A stretch of DNA of 30,491 bases from Vulcanisaeta sp. AZ3 (GTDB taxonomy: Archaea; Thermoproteota; Thermoprotei; Thermoproteales; Thermocladiaceae), in contig JZWU02000020.1 in NCBI GenBank assembly GCA_000960865.2, positions 1-30,491 on the forward strand. The letters are read 5' to 3'. Below, one piece after another: positions 1 through 10,471 of the stretch. The translations under genes and the position numbers were made by a program. Below the pieces are notes generated by a model. It was not told the DNA's origin. It saw only the letters and a list, made by a program, of their open reading frames with translations, and made no database searches. Positions within the stretch are counted from its first letter, which is position 1. Each line of letters opens with the position of its first letter.

Positions 1-246
1 TATGTTGAGGGCGCGACAAACAAGAAACCAAGCGGTGAGACTGTTTACTACCCAATACACCCATCTAAGGTCATGATCGTGGAGCTGGACACAAGCGATA
101 AGACAAGGCTTGAGGCAATCGAGAGAGCTAGAAAACAGCGGGAGGAGTATTTAAGGAGGCTAGAGGAAACTAAGGAGACTAGAGCCGTTAGAAAGCCGGA
201 GGTCATTGTTGTTAAGGGTGGGTCCAGTGAACAGAGACAGCAATAG
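1..246 (+). CDS. rpl24: 50S ribosomal protein L24 (uL24), 3' partial
   Basis: Frame 1 reads [30 protein letters not shown]..., the archaeal uL24 C-terminal motif. Stop TAG at 244-246. Directly upstream of rps4e, the conserved gene order. Confidence 0.93.
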   Translation, partial: YVEGATNKKPSGETVYYPIHPSKVMIVELDTSDKTRLEAIERARKQREEYLRRLEETKETRAVRKPEVIVVKGGSSEQRQQ

Positions 247-283
247 GAAGGCTTTTAATAGTGGTTATTCATGGTGGTGATTA

Positions 284-1030
284 ATGCCGAGGAGACACCT
301 TAGACGTTACCAAGCACCTGAGTGGTGGCCAATACCCACAAAGGAGGCAGTGTGGGCTGTTAGACCAAGCCCAGGGCCTCACCCTATAAACTCCTCGTTA
401 CCATTGGCAATCCTTGTTAGAGATGTACTTAGGTACGCCAAGGCTCTCAGGGAGGCTAGGTATGTGATTGGTAAGGGCTTGATAAAGGTTGATGGCATCA
501 TAAGGAGGGATTATAAGTACCCAGTGGGTTTAATGGATATTGTTGAGATAATACCAACAGGCGAGGTCTATAGAATAGTTCCACATATCACTAAGTTCCT
601 ATGGCCAATACCAATAAGTCAGGAGGAGGCTAAATACAAGCTTTGCAGGGTTGAGAATAAGACCGTGGTTAAGGGAGGCCAAATACAGCTTAACCTTCAC
701 GATGGTAGGAATATACAATTACCCTATGACGAAGGAAATAAGTACTCAACACTAGACTCCGTACTGATAGACCTCAATGAGAATAAGATCGTGGATTCCA
801 TAAAGCTTGAAATCGGCGCCTTAGGCCTTGTGGTTAATGGTAGGAACGTTGGTTATTACGGAAAGATAACCGAGATAATACAAACATACATAAAGAGGAG
901 AGGTACTGCTGTCATAATAACTGAGGAGGGTGAGGAGGTCAGGACAGTAATTAATTACTTATTTGCAGTTGGTAAAGAAAAGCCTTTAATAACGATAACA
1001 CCACCAAAGGAAGTACCATCAACACAGTAA
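284..1030 (+). CDS. rps4e: 30S ribosomal protein S4e
   Basis: RHLRRYQAP..W, RPSPGPH, IKVDG.IRRDYKYPVGLMD, QLNLHDGRN motifs. SD-like GGTGGTGA upstream. Confidence 0.97.
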   Translation: MPRRHLRRYQAPEWWPIPTKEAVWAVRPSPGPHPINSSLPLAILVRDVLRYAKALREARYVIGKGLIKVDGIIRRDYKYPVGLMDIVEIIPTGEVYRIVPHITKFLWPIPISQEEAKYKLCRVENKTVVKGGQIQLNLHDGRNIQLPYDEGNKYSTLDSVLIDLNENKIVDSIKLEIGALGLVVNGRNVGYYGKITEIIQTYIKRRGTAVIITEEGEEVRTVINYLFAVGKEKPLITITPPKEVPSTQ

Positions 1031-1099
1031 TTTAGAACTAAGCCTATACCATTATCTGAGCTTAGGGAATTCTTTATTCGTGAAATTATGCAGAATAAC

Positions 1100-2394
1100 C
1101 TAAAACAGCATTTTAATAGAACTACCTAACCCTAACTCCTCAGGTGTTAGACCGTACCTTATGTTTGTGAACTCTCTTCTGAACTCCATAACCTCCCTCC
1201 TCACCTTACTCGGTTCCTCGCCTTTAATTAATACCCTAGCCATGAATTCAGCAATCACCTTCATCTCCTCCTCATTCATTCCAAACCTCGACATCTCCTG
1301 AACACCAAGCCTTAACCCACTAACCTCTTCCTTGAAGACCTTATCCCAGGGTAATGCAGTCTTACTAACAATTATGTTCGCATCCTCAAGCATTAGAGAA
1401 GACTTTGCACCACCCCCACGTTAGACACATCAATGAGGACTTGGTGTGTTCTTGTGAAGCTCTTATTCTCGGCAATAACTTTAAAGCCAAGTGCATGTAA
1501 CTCCTCTGCTAATGCCCTCGCGTTATTAACGACTTGTTTTGCATACGCCTCACCAAACTTCATCATTTCAATTGTTGCAATTGCCGTAGCTGCATATCTA
1601 TGGTGATGGTAATTAGATGTTAACCCTGGAAAGACTGCTCTCTGTATTTGTTTAAATAATCTCTCATTGTTTGTAAATATGACACCACCCTGAGGACCTG
1701 GAAATGTCTTATGGGTTGAGGAGGTCATTATATCAGCACCAAGGTCAAGCGGATTTGGAAATGCCTTACCTGCTATTAACCCCAGCACATGGGCTGAATC
1801 GTGAAGTAAATAACCACCAACTTCATGAACTACATCAAGTAATTCACGAACTGGATGTGGAAATAAGTATACTGAGCTACCTAGGATCACAATCTTCGGT
1901 TTAACCTCTTTAATTAATTTAATGCTCGCATCAATATCAACATTAAATTCCTCATTGTTCCAGGGCAAATTAGCAACCTTTAACTTCAAAATGCCTGGGG
2001 CACCTGTAGCTCTATGGCTAATGTGGGAACCAGCACTTATGGGTATTGATAGTATTGTATCACCAGGCTGTGTTAACGCTGCGTAAACCGCCATATTGGC
2101 CAATGTCCCTGATATTGGCCTTACATCGGTATACTTTGCGTGAAATAACTGACTCATCAACTCTATGAGTAAGCCTTCGAGTTTATCTATGAATTCAACA
2201 CCTTGATAATATCTACTACCTACTGTTCCCTCTGCATATCTGCCCTCCATATCATTAACATACACGTACTCAGCTAGGGGTGACATAACATTCTCGCTGG
2301 CTATTAGGTTTATTGTTTCGAGGCGACGCCACCTATTATGCTTTCTAATAAGACCCAAGACCTCATTCAATGCTGAGTTTGGGTCAAGAGACAT
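1100..2394 (-). CDS. glyA: Serine hydroxymethyltransferase, split by a 1-nt frameshift at the C5 run 1413-1417
   Basis: LIASEN, YAEG...RYYQG, PLP-lysine motif [13 protein letters not shown]; C-terminal SGLRLGVQE is in the second ORF. Likely start ATG 2394 (MSLDP). One extra G joins the two ORFs (…[21 protein letters not shown]…, 431 aa). Confidence 0.93.
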
Positions 2395-2525
2395 TACACA
2401 TTCGGAACATATGTAGGTTATAAGTTTTAGGTTTAACATGATGAGGGTTAAGTAATAATCTCTGCATAATATGGAAAAGAACGATTTATTAAACCAGTAG
2501 TTAATCTATCTCAAGGGTGATTTAA

Positions 2526-4343
2526 ATGAGCAGTAATGATATTAAGTTCATGGATATTGTTAAGGTACTCGAGAGCATTGAAGCAACAACACAAAGAACT
2601 GTAATGGCTAAACTACTCTCTTCCCTCCTTAAGAAGACGCCTCCCAATGTTATTGATAAAGTCATATACTTCATACTAGGTCAGTTAAGGCCTGATTGGG
2701 AGGGTGTGGAGCTGGGCGTGGCTGAGAAATTTACATTTAGGGCTATTTCCAATGCATCCGGCGCCTCAACGAAGCAAGTTGAGGATTTATATAAAAGACT
2801 TGGTGATGTTGGTGAAACCGCCAGGAGAATCATTAGTACAAGGCAACAGCAGGGTGGTGGTAAATCAATACTTGAATTCCTCGGTAGTGGAGGTGAAGAG
2901 GAGTTAACCATGGGTAAGGTTTACGATATCCTAATGGCTATAGCCAAGGCTGGCGGTGAGGGCGCCCAGGACGTTAAGGTTAAATTATTAACATACTTAT
3001 TCTCTCAGGCGAGGCCTGATGAGGCTAAGTATATTGCCAGGTTCGTCATTGGTAAGCTAAGGCTTGGTATTGCTGATATGACAATACTCGATGCTCTATC
3101 TGACGCCTTTAAAGTTTCCAGAGATGCACTAGAGAGAACATATCACATATACCCAGACCTAGGTTACATAGCAAAGCTTGTTTCTCAAGGGGGTCAGGAG
3201 GCTCTTAGTAAGATACATGTCACACCGGGTGTGCCGGTACAACCAATGCTTGCAGAGAGATTGAATGCATCTCCGGAGATCTTAGCAAAGTTGGGTGGTA
3301 TTGCCATGGTTGAGTATAAGTATGATGGCGAGAGAGCTCAGGTGCATAAGACTATGGATGGCGAAGTTAGAATATTTAGTAGAAGACTTGAGAACATAAC
3401 CTATGCATACCCAGACATTGCTGAGTATGTTAAGGAGGCTATAGATGCCAAGGAGTTCATTGTAGAGGGGGAGATTATAGCCATAGACCCAGACACGGGA
3501 GAGTTTAGACCATTCCAGGAATTAATGCATAGAAAGAGGAAGCATGACGTAAAGGAGGCAATGAAGGAGTACCCAGTCAACATATTCCTATTCGATGCAA
3601 TTTACGTAGATGGCCAAGACTTAACAAACTTGCCACTCATCGATAGAAAAAGGAAGCTCCTCGAAATACTCAAACCTAGCGAGTACGTTCACTTGGCAAC
3701 CTGGAGGATTATAAATGATGCTGAGGAATTAGATAGGTTCTTTCATGAAGCCATAAGTGACGGTTGTGAGGGCGTGATGTGCAAATCAATAAAGTCAGAC
3801 TCAATCTATGAAATGGGTGCCAGAGGATGGCTTTGGATAAAGTACAAACGTGATTACAGGAGTGAGCTAACAGACACCCTAGACTTAGTAGTGGTCGGAG
3901 CATTCTGGGGACGCGGTAAGAGAGCAGGCACCTACGGAGCGCTCTTAATAGCAGCCTACGATCCTAAGACTGATCAATTCTACACAATAAGTAAGGTTGG
4001 CAGTGGCTTCGCAGATGAGGACCTTGTAAAATTGAAACAAATGCTAGACCCGTACAGGATACCACATAGGCATCCAAGAGTTGTCTCTAAGATGGAGCCT
4101 GACGTGTGGTTCGTGCCAGCGGTAGTCCTTGAAATAATTGGTGCCGAAATAACACTAAGCCCACTGCACACCTGCTGCATGGGGGCTATAAAACCTGATG
4201 TAGGCTTAGCAATTAGGTTTCCAAGATTCACTGGACGCTATAGGACTGATAAATCACCTGAACAGGCAACAACCATTGACGAGATTCTTGAAATGTATAA
4301 GGAACAGAAGAAGATTAAGATCGAGGAAAGTGCAAATCCATAA
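2526..4343 (+). CDS. lig: ATP-dependent DNA ligase
   Basis: Motif [44 protein letters not shown]...R.DK. SD GGGTGA upstream. Confidence 0.97.
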   Translation: MSSNDIKFMDIVKVLESIEATTQRTVMAKLLSSLLKKTPPNVIDKVIYFILGQLRPDWEGVELGVAEKFTFRAISNASGASTKQVEDLYKRLGDVGETARRIISTRQQQGGGKSILEFLGSGGEEELTMGKVYDILMAIAKAGGEGAQDVKVKLLTYLFSQARPDEAKYIARFVIGKLRLGIADMTILDALSDAFKVSRDALERTYHIYPDLGYIAKLVSQGGQEALSKIHVTPGVPVQPMLAERLNASPEILAKLGGIAMVEYKYDGERAQVHKTMDGEVRIFSRRLENITYAYPDIAEYVKEAIDAKEFIVEGEIIAIDPDTGEFRPFQELMHRKRKHDVKEAMKEYPVNIFLFDAIYVDGQDLTNLPLIDRKRKLLEILKPSEYVHLATWRIINDAEELDRFFHEAISDGCEGVMCKSIKSDSIYEMGARGWLWIKYKRDYRSELTDTLDLVVVGAFWGRGKRAGTYGALLIAAYDPKTDQFYTISKVGSGFADEDLVKLKQMLDPYRIPHRHPRVVSKMEPDVWFVPAVVLEIIGAEITLSPLHTCCMGAIKPDVGLAIRFPRFTGRYRTDKSPEQATTIDEILEMYKEQKKIKIEESANP

Positions 4344-4575
4344 TCATAACATTAATTGTCCAGATATTAATTCATAAAAACCCAAATATATCGTATTAAT
4401 GCCAACTCTTCTGTTAATTTTACCACTGAGACTTCTCTGTAAAATCATAAATTCTTATATGTAGGAAAATTTTATATATTTGATGAACATGAAATGAACA
4501 TTTAGATCTACCAAGTAATATACTTTTAACTTATTGGCAATTGCTACTTATTACTTTTACAACTGCTATGTGAAG

Positions 4576-5112
4576 TTATTCTGCTTCTCCTTCTTTAAGT
4601 ACCCTCTCTAGCGTCCACCTTATGGCTCTTATTATTTCTCTTAACCTCTCGTCAGACCTATAATTCCTAATCACTATACTAATTACATTATCATTCTCTA
4701 ACCTTACCTCATAACTGAAGGCCTCCTCACTCCTTAACCTCCCATCCTTAACTGCCTTGTCATCCTCCTGTTTAAAGCCCTCAAGTATCTTATCCCTAAA
4801 GAATCTTCTAAAGGCTGTATTGTCCTTATTGAGGGGTTTTATTGGTTTAATAATTACACCCTCCTCATAAACCTCCGCATTCGCAAGTAACTCATTACCA
4901 ACTCTAGACCTAACCTCCCTAGTCTCAAGTAACTTCCCTAGGTCTTGCTTTGCGGCGAGTTCTGCGGCTGGAATTATTGATTGAGACTTAATGATACTGT
5001 CTATTACATCTTTAATTTCATTTAATAGGTTAAGTTCCTCCTGAAGTTCCTTAATCTTACTTTCAAGCCTATCCCTCAACTCAAGTAATTTCTTTACATC
5101 TATGTTATTCAC
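4576..5112 (-). CDS. Hypothetical protein with N-terminal coiled coil
   Basis: 178-aa ORF from GTG 5112 with a heptad-rich N-terminus and an alpha/beta C-terminal domain. Typical codon usage; TATA-like TTTATTAA about 25 nt upstream. Confidence 0.85.
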   Translation of the reverse strand: MNNIDVKKLLELRDRLESKIKELQEELNLLNEIKDVIDSIIKSQSIIPAAELAAKQDLGKLLETREVRSRVGNELLANAEVYEEGVIIKPIKPLNKDNTAFRRFFRDKILEGFKQEDDKAVKDGRLRSEEAFSYEVRLENDNVISIVIRNYRSDERLREIIRAIRWTLERVLKEGEAE

Positions 5113-5149
5113 GTCAAAAATTAATAAGCTTCAGTTAATAAAACTACGC

Positions 5150-6115
5150 GTGAATAAGAAGGCTGTAGTACTATCGATGGGCCACCTAAACCTAGATATT
5201 TACGTGAAGGCAGATACAATACCGAGACCTGACGAATCAATAGACGCCTATGAAACCTACATGGGTGGTGGGGGTTCTGCAGCTAATTTCTCAGTGGCGG
5301 TGGCTAGGCTTGGGCTTGGTTCTAGGTTCCTCGGTTCTGTGGGTAATGACCAATTTAGTGATATGCTAATCAAGGAGTTGGAGTCTGAGGGTGTTGATGT
5401 TAGGTTCATTAAGAAAGTTAGCCATGAGAGGACTGGTATGGTGATCGTCATCGTGGGCCTAGACGGTTCGAGAAGAATGATTAGATATCCAGGAGCTAAC
5501 CTAGGTCTCACTCCGGATGATATAACAAAGGAGGTCATTGATGGGAGTTCCCATGTACATGTGGCCCTTGGCAGAACTGAGATTATCGAAGCTGTTAAGA
5601 ATTTGATTAAGTCCATGGGCTTAACAATGTCAGTTGATGGTGGAACACCACTGGCGAGGAAGGACCTTGATATAATTAGGAATGTGATTAATGGCATTGA
5701 TGTTTGGTTCATGAACAGTTTTGAGGCTAGGGAATTAGGACGTTCTGAAAATGTTGTTAAGGCTGCGGAGAATATAATCGATAATGTTAAGGTTAAGGAG
5801 TTAGTAGTTACGTTAGGTGCCCGAGGAGCATTATTGCTTAAAAACGGTGAGGTTAAGTACTCGGAGGCATTTAAGGTCCCTCCAACAGACACAACAGGTG
5901 CTGGCGATACCTTTGCTGCCGCCTACGTGGTTGCCACAGTACTTGATCTAGAACCCTTGGATAAGCTGGTCTTCGCCAATGCAGCAGCTTCACTTAAAGT
6001 CACAAGGAGGGGTGCCAGGTCCTCACCCAGGATAGGTGAGGTTACTGACTTCCTCGAATCACTTGGCTATGCTAAGTTGGCCAGGGAAATCTTAGACAGG
6101 TTAGGATTGAAATAA
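5150..6115 (+). CDS. PfkB/ribokinase-family carbohydrate kinase
   Basis: GGGGSAAN.SVAVARLG and DTTGAGDTFAA signatures. GTG 5150 preferred over ATG 5102, which overlaps the divergent gene. Confidence 0.92.
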   Translation: MNKKAVVLSMGHLNLDIYVKADTIPRPDESIDAYETYMGGGGSAANFSVAVARLGLGSRFLGSVGNDQFSDMLIKELESEGVDVRFIKKVSHERTGMVIVIVGLDGSRRMIRYPGANLGLTPDDITKEVIDGSSHVHVALGRTEIIEAVKNLIKSMGLTMSVDGGTPLARKDLDIIRNVINGIDVWFMNSFEARELGRSENVVKAAENIIDNVKVKELVVTLGARGALLLKNGEVKYSEAFKVPPTDTTGAGDTFAAAYVVATVLDLEPLDKLVFANAAASLKVTRRGARSSPRIGEVTDFLESLGYAKLAREILDRLGLK

Positions 6116-6179
6116 TTATTATGGAAATAAAACTTATATATAAGAATAGCCAAGTATATTGGAGGTAAGGGGGATCTCC

Positions 6180-6518
6180 GTGTCGAGGATTAACGTCCAA
6201 GCCAAGGTGAAATATTGCGATGGCACTTGGTGCAATTTCCAACATTTCAGGTGCGCAAAGAAAGCCCTTAAGTTATATAGAAAAGGCAGTAATGTAATAA
6301 CACAGTGCACACTCTTCGGCGGGTCGTGCATTGGATATAAATGCCAATATGCAGTTTGTGATGCGCATGTAATGGCAACGGACGGTAGGTGCTTACTTGA
6401 TCTTAGGAATCTAGAGAGTAGGGAGAGAGATATTACTGAGGAGGCTAGGAAGCTTGATGACCAAGCCTCTGTGATAAACAAGCACCTAAAAAAGCTGGGC
6501 CTTAAGGACTATATGTAA
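6180..6518 (+). CDS. Small Cys-rich hypothetical protein (probable metal-binding)
   Basis: Eight Cys in about 60 aa, then a charged helix. Palindromic TATA CTTATATATAAG at 6133-6144 and GGAGGT at 6161. Start GTG 6180 (TTG 6159 also possible). Confidence 0.8.
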   Translation: MSRINVQAKVKYCDGTWCNFQHFRCAKKALKLYRKGSNVITQCTLFGGSCIGYKCQYAVCDAHVMATDGRCLLDLRNLESRERDITEEARKLDDQASVINKHLKKLGLKDYM

Positions 6519-6524
6519 TTAATC

Positions 6525-7208
6525 ATGCTGAAAATAGTAATATTAACGGCAGGTCTAGGAGAGAGACTTAGGCCTCTTACGTACCTTGTTCCCAAGCCAT
6601 ACCTACCATTACGTGATGGGTTAATAATAGAACGTATATTAAGGTGGGTTTGGGAGCAGGGATTGAATTATGATGAAATAATAGTAGTGACTGCCTACAT
6701 GGCTGAAAGAATCATATCAATGCTTAGCGGAGTACTGCGCGGCGTTAAGTTTATTGTCGCTGATAAACTATTAGGTACCGCAGGCCAATTATGGTATGTT
6801 AAGAATGAGGTTAATGATAACGATGATGTTATTATCATTAACGGCGACATAATAACAAACATACCCCTATCAAAGGCCCTTGAATTCCATAAATCGAGCG
6901 GAGCTGATATTACTATAGTTTCTGTGAAATATAAATTGACAGCTAGGTATGGAGTTCTCGATATAGGGCCAAATGGTGAGTTTAAGAGTTGGATTGAGAA
7001 ACCAACCATAACCCTCCCAATAGTCACAGGTATTTACGTAATGAGAGGTTCGTTCATAAGAAGATTGACTGAAAAGAAGTTAGATATGAATAGGTATGTG
7101 GAGAGCGTTCAATCAACGGGTGGTAAGGTTATGGTTTATATTTCGGATTATGAGTATATTGATATAGGCGTACTGCAAGACTACCTCAACGCATTGACGA
7201 AATCCTAA
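6525..7208 (+). CDS. Sugar-phosphate nucleotidyltransferase (NTP_transferase family)
   Basis: LTAGLGERLRPLT..VPKP, LGTAG, INGD, YGV, EKP, YIDIG motifs; no left-handed beta-helix domain. Confidence 0.92.
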   Translation: MLKIVILTAGLGERLRPLTYLVPKPYLPLRDGLIIERILRWVWEQGLNYDEIIVVTAYMAERIISMLSGVLRGVKFIVADKLLGTAGQLWYVKNEVNDNDDVIIINGDIITNIPLSKALEFHKSSGADITIVSVKYKLTARYGVLDIGPNGEFKSWIEKPTITLPIVTGIYVMRGSFIRRLTEKKLDMNRYVESVQSTGGKVMVYISDYEYIDIGVLQDYLNALTKS

Positions 7209-7257
7209 CCTAGTAAGCGCAACATATTTAAAAAAGTAATAAATTAGAAATGGGAAA

Positions 7258-8034
7258 ATGGGAAGACCTGCCTGTCCCGGTCTCGTAAGGACGCCCAACG
7301 GGTATATTTGTAATTACGCCCAACGTTCAATAAATCCGTTCCAATGGTACTGTTTTGGCGATTATTATGAATGCCCAATATATATACAATACATGAAGAG
7401 CAAGAGTGCCCAGGTAAAAGCCGAGGCAAAGCCTACACAATCACTTCAATCACTTCAGCAGCAACAAGCACAGCAGACTATTGTGATGACTACGGGAATC
7501 ACGGTTGCTCACGCTGAAACACCCATGGACGCTGAGGATGAGTTAATAAGGAGTAGCGAATCAATACTAGGTAAATTCGAAGATAATGCTAAGTCGCTCA
7601 ACGATAAGTGGAAGGATTATGAAAGCTCCGTACAATCAGCGAGACAGAGCTGGGAGATTGAGAAAGCTAAGTTAAGGAGATACCTATTAATTCTGGAGAG
7701 AATTCAGGATAGGTATAGTAAAGATCTTAAGGAGGTAGAACTTAGAAGGAGTATGGGCTTGATGGATGATGATACATACAATAAACTTAAGAGTGACATT
7801 CAAAAGAAGCTAGATAATATTAGTAATAAGCTTAAGGAACTAAATGCTAAATACCAAGAATTAGAATCAACAATAAATCAACACTATAAGAGATTATTGG
7901 CAACCACAGTAACACCAGAGGTCAGTAAGCTAAAACTCTCGTTAGCAAAACTTGAGGAATTATATAGGGATGGTAAAATAAGTAAGGAAATGTATGAAAA
8001 ACTCAAGGCTGAGATTGAGGAGGTGATATCATGA
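7258..8034 (+). CDS. CdvA-like coiled-coil protein with N-terminal 4-Cys module
   Basis: N-terminal CPG-C-C-CP module, Q-rich linker, long coiled coil with two L..L...G[LK][IM]xxxxY turn motifs. TATA TTTAAAAA at 7227-7234. Confidence 0.75.
   Translation: MGRPACPGLVRTPNGYICNYAQRSINPFQWYCFGDYYECPIYIQYMKSKSAQVKAEAKPTQSLQSLQQQQAQQTIVMTTGITVAHAETPMDAEDELIRSSESILGKFEDNAKSLNDKWKDYESSVQSARQSWEIEKAKLRRYLLILERIQDRYSKDLKEVELRRSMGLMDDDTYNKLKSDIQKKLDNISNKLKELNAKYQELESTINQHYKRLLATTVTPEVSKLKLSLAKLEELYRDGKISKEMYEKLKAEIEEVIS
7438..7455 (+). repeat. 9-bp tandem repeat (CAATCACTT)x2 encoding QSLQSL in the Q-rich linker
   Basis: Seen directly in the sequence. Confidence 0.8.
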
Positions 8035-8612
8035 GCGAGGAAATGCTGAAAATGTATGAGGAATTACTAAAGAACATAAACAAGGCTTACGAAAACTATA
8101 CAGATCAAATAAAAAAGCTCAATAACATGTGGGCAGATTATAAGTCAGCAGTTAATAATATTAAGAAGAACTGGGATGCAGATAATGTATTGTTAAACCT
8201 TAGAATAAATGAATTGAAGGCAAGCGTTGACTCAATAAAGGAGGAACTCGAGACGTTAAAGATAAAGAAAGAACTCGGCTTAATAGATGACGAGGAATAC
8301 TCAAAGACAACAGGAGAGTTAACAGATACATTAGCAAAATTAACAAACATGTATGAGGAGTCTAAGTCAAAAATTGAGGAGATAGATAGGAACATTAAGG
8401 AACATTGGTTTAGGTCCATGGATGTGGCAACATTAACAATAGACCAGGTTGATAACATGGTTAAGGAGCTAGATGAAAATGCAGCCAAAGGCGAAGTACC
8501 AAGTGAGGTCTATAATAGGATCAAGGCGGATCTAGAATTAATCAAAAGAGTAGTACAAGCTCTCACCTTAATAAAATCAAACCAAAACCTTAATTCCGCA
8601 ACCACCACATAG
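8031..8612 (+). CDS. CdvA-like coiled-coil protein, paralog of the upstream gene
   Basis: ATGA overlap with the upstream gene and strong SD GAGGAGGTGAT. LETLKIKKELGLIDDEEY motif. Aligns without gaps to the upstream protein over about 99 aa. Confidence 0.75.
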   Translation: MSEEMLKMYEELLKNINKAYENYTDQIKKLNNMWADYKSAVNNIKKNWDADNVLLNLRINELKASVDSIKEELETLKIKKELGLIDDEEYSKTTGELTDTLAKLTNMYEESKSKIEEIDRNIKEHWFRSMDVATLTIDQVDNMVKELDENAAKGEVPSEVYNRIKADLELIKRVVQALTLIKSNQNLNSATTT

Positions 8613-8783
8613 CCAACAAACATACACCTTAATTACTTAAGTAAAGCTAATGGCAGGAATGATATTTTGAGAGCACCCATCTTTACCTAAAACATGTGCC
8701 CTTATCTATTATACTTGTATTTTTTGTGGATTATAGATTATTGTGAGTATTACAATAATTTTATTTTAGTTATAGTATAGTTG

Positions 8784-9413
8784 ATGATGGGGGATTACGT
8801 AATTAGCTGCGAGGATGTAGATGAGACTTCACTTGTGGGATCAATTAGAAAGGTGGTTGATTGGATTACAAATAATGTCTTAGCTAATGGGAAGGCCTTA
8901 GTCGTAGTTGGAGAAGCTGGTAGTGGTAAGACGACAGCGCTGTTCCTAGCAATGAGGAGGTTGAAAAGATTGGGCGTTTCTGCCGCTTATATTAATGCGT
9001 ATAATGAGTTAGGTCTTAAGCATGTTAAGTTTATCGAATGTGGAGATTTTAATAAGGCACATGTTCTTCTTATTGATGATATTGATGTAGCCCTAGCCAT
9101 GCCTAGGATGGCACATGGTCTTATTGATAAGGTTCTCGGCTTTACTGGTACTGTGGTCATGACCCTAACGATACCCTTAATGGTGAGTAATGACTTAGAG
9201 ACCCTGGAGCCTCTAATAAGGCTTCTACATTCTGCTCCAAGGATGGGTATTGAATATCATTATGAGGATTTAAAGGCATTTGCCAAGAAGTTTGGTATTG
9301 ATGAAATTGAGCCTACCGTGAGAACGCCGGGCATGATCCTGAGGAATTTCAGGAAGTGGGATAACACCGCAAAGGTAAATGCGGTACTTAATGATGGTGA
9401 TGCTGTTCTATAG
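8784..9413 (+). CDS. Small P-loop NTPase (AAA+-like)
   Basis: Walker A GEAGSGKTT and Walker B VLLIDDID. Exact start uncertain (TTG ATG ATG at 8781-8789). Confidence 0.8.
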   Translation: MMGDYVISCEDVDETSLVGSIRKVVDWITNNVLANGKALVVVGEAGSGKTTALFLAMRRLKRLGVSAAYINAYNELGLKHVKFIECGDFNKAHVLLIDDIDVALAMPRMAHGLIDKVLGFTGTVVMTLTIPLMVSNDLETLEPLIRLLHSAPRMGIEYHYEDLKAFAKKFGIDEIEPTVRTPGMILRNFRKWDNTAKVNAVLNDGDAVL

Positions 9414-10346
9414 TATTCCACGGAATTCCTCCTTTACTCTATTAATAAGTAAGTCTGAGCACTCAAGTACATTAGTACTACCTAGGTCAACTAAGTTTAT
9501 ACTAATGCCATTTACTCTAAAACTATCCATGTTAATCCAACTAACCTTTAATAAATCCGATGCAGTACCGCCTTGCATTATTGATGCAGTAAGTGCATGG
9601 CTCTCGTTAATCACATAATCAAGTGACCCATTTTTCTCATAAACTTCCACGTCAAAATATTCCTTAAATAATTCCAGATCTCTTCTTAATACGTAGACTC
9701 TTATATAATCATCATTAAGCTTGTTCTCATTAATTAAGTATTCTGCGATATCCGCATTCGTGGGTACTCTATTTAAGCCCTTGGTAAGTACGTATATGTA
9801 ACTATCAGCAATTAATTCAAGGCCTAAATGTATTGGATTTATTACGAAGTAGAGCGGTAATATCAATAAGCTTTCAACAATCACATTAATGGGATTTTCA
9901 AATATCTTCTCAAGGGGCGTCAAGAGTTTATCGTCTGTTAATTTCATCTTAATGTCAATGCCATACTTCTTCATTAGTACCTTATTGATAAATACCATCC
10001 TCTCACCATTACGTACTGAGCCATCTTTGCATATTATTGATAATGTATCCTCACCCGTACTTATTGAAATGCAATCATTGAAGTCAGCATACTTAATATT
10101 ATCAATATCCCAATTATTAATTCTAGCTAAATCAGCGAGTAATGCCACCGAATCTTCTGTGATTACGTAGTCGAGGTTTTTGCCATCAACTCTATAATCA
10201 TAGGCGTTGTATGGATATAGATTAATGACATCCTCAGTGTCTAGGGAGAGTATTGAATTCTCCCTAATAGCCTTAAATATAAATGCCTCTTTAATCATAT
10301 CCTCGGTTATTCTCTTAACCTTAACAAGTATCTCTAGGTTATTCAT
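9408..10346 (-). CDS. Hypothetical protein
   Basis: 312-aa ORF with no recognised motif; 3' end overlaps the convergent NTPase by 6 nt. Confidence 0.8.
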   Translation of the reverse strand: MNNLEILVKVKRITEDMIKEAFIFKAIRENSILSLDTEDVINLYPYNAYDYRVDGKNLDYVITEDSVALLADLARINNWDIDNIKYADFNDCISISTGEDTLSIICKDGSVRNGERMVFINKVLMKKYGIDIKMKLTDDKLLTPLEKIFENPINVIVESLLILPLYFVINPIHLGLELIADSYIYVLTKGLNRVPTNADIAEYLINENKLNDDYIRVYVLRRDLELFKEYFDVEVYEKNGSLDYVINESHALTASIMQGGTASDLLKVSWINMDSFRVNGISINLVDLGSTNVLECSDLLINRVKEEFRGIL

Positions 10347-10471
10347 CTACTTGATTGATTAAAATTAAAATTTAAAAACTTATCAAATGATTTTACTTCA
10401 TTGCGGTAACGATGAAAGATCCTGGAATTAGGTATAACATATTTAAGCCAATTAACTAATGAACACAATAA

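Noticed and set aside
2438-2470. ATGATGA (C-box-like) in the glyA/lig intergenic region
   Set aside because: No D box CTGA at a suitable distance.
4344-4575. AT-rich 230-bp gap with repeated ATGAACAT; considered as origin or sRNA
   Set aside because: No ORB-like repeats, no initiator gene nearby and no paired C/D boxes.
8784-9413. ATPase as a CdvC/Vps4 orthologue
   Set aside because: Too short; no MIT domain, GPPG.GKT Walker A or second region of homology.
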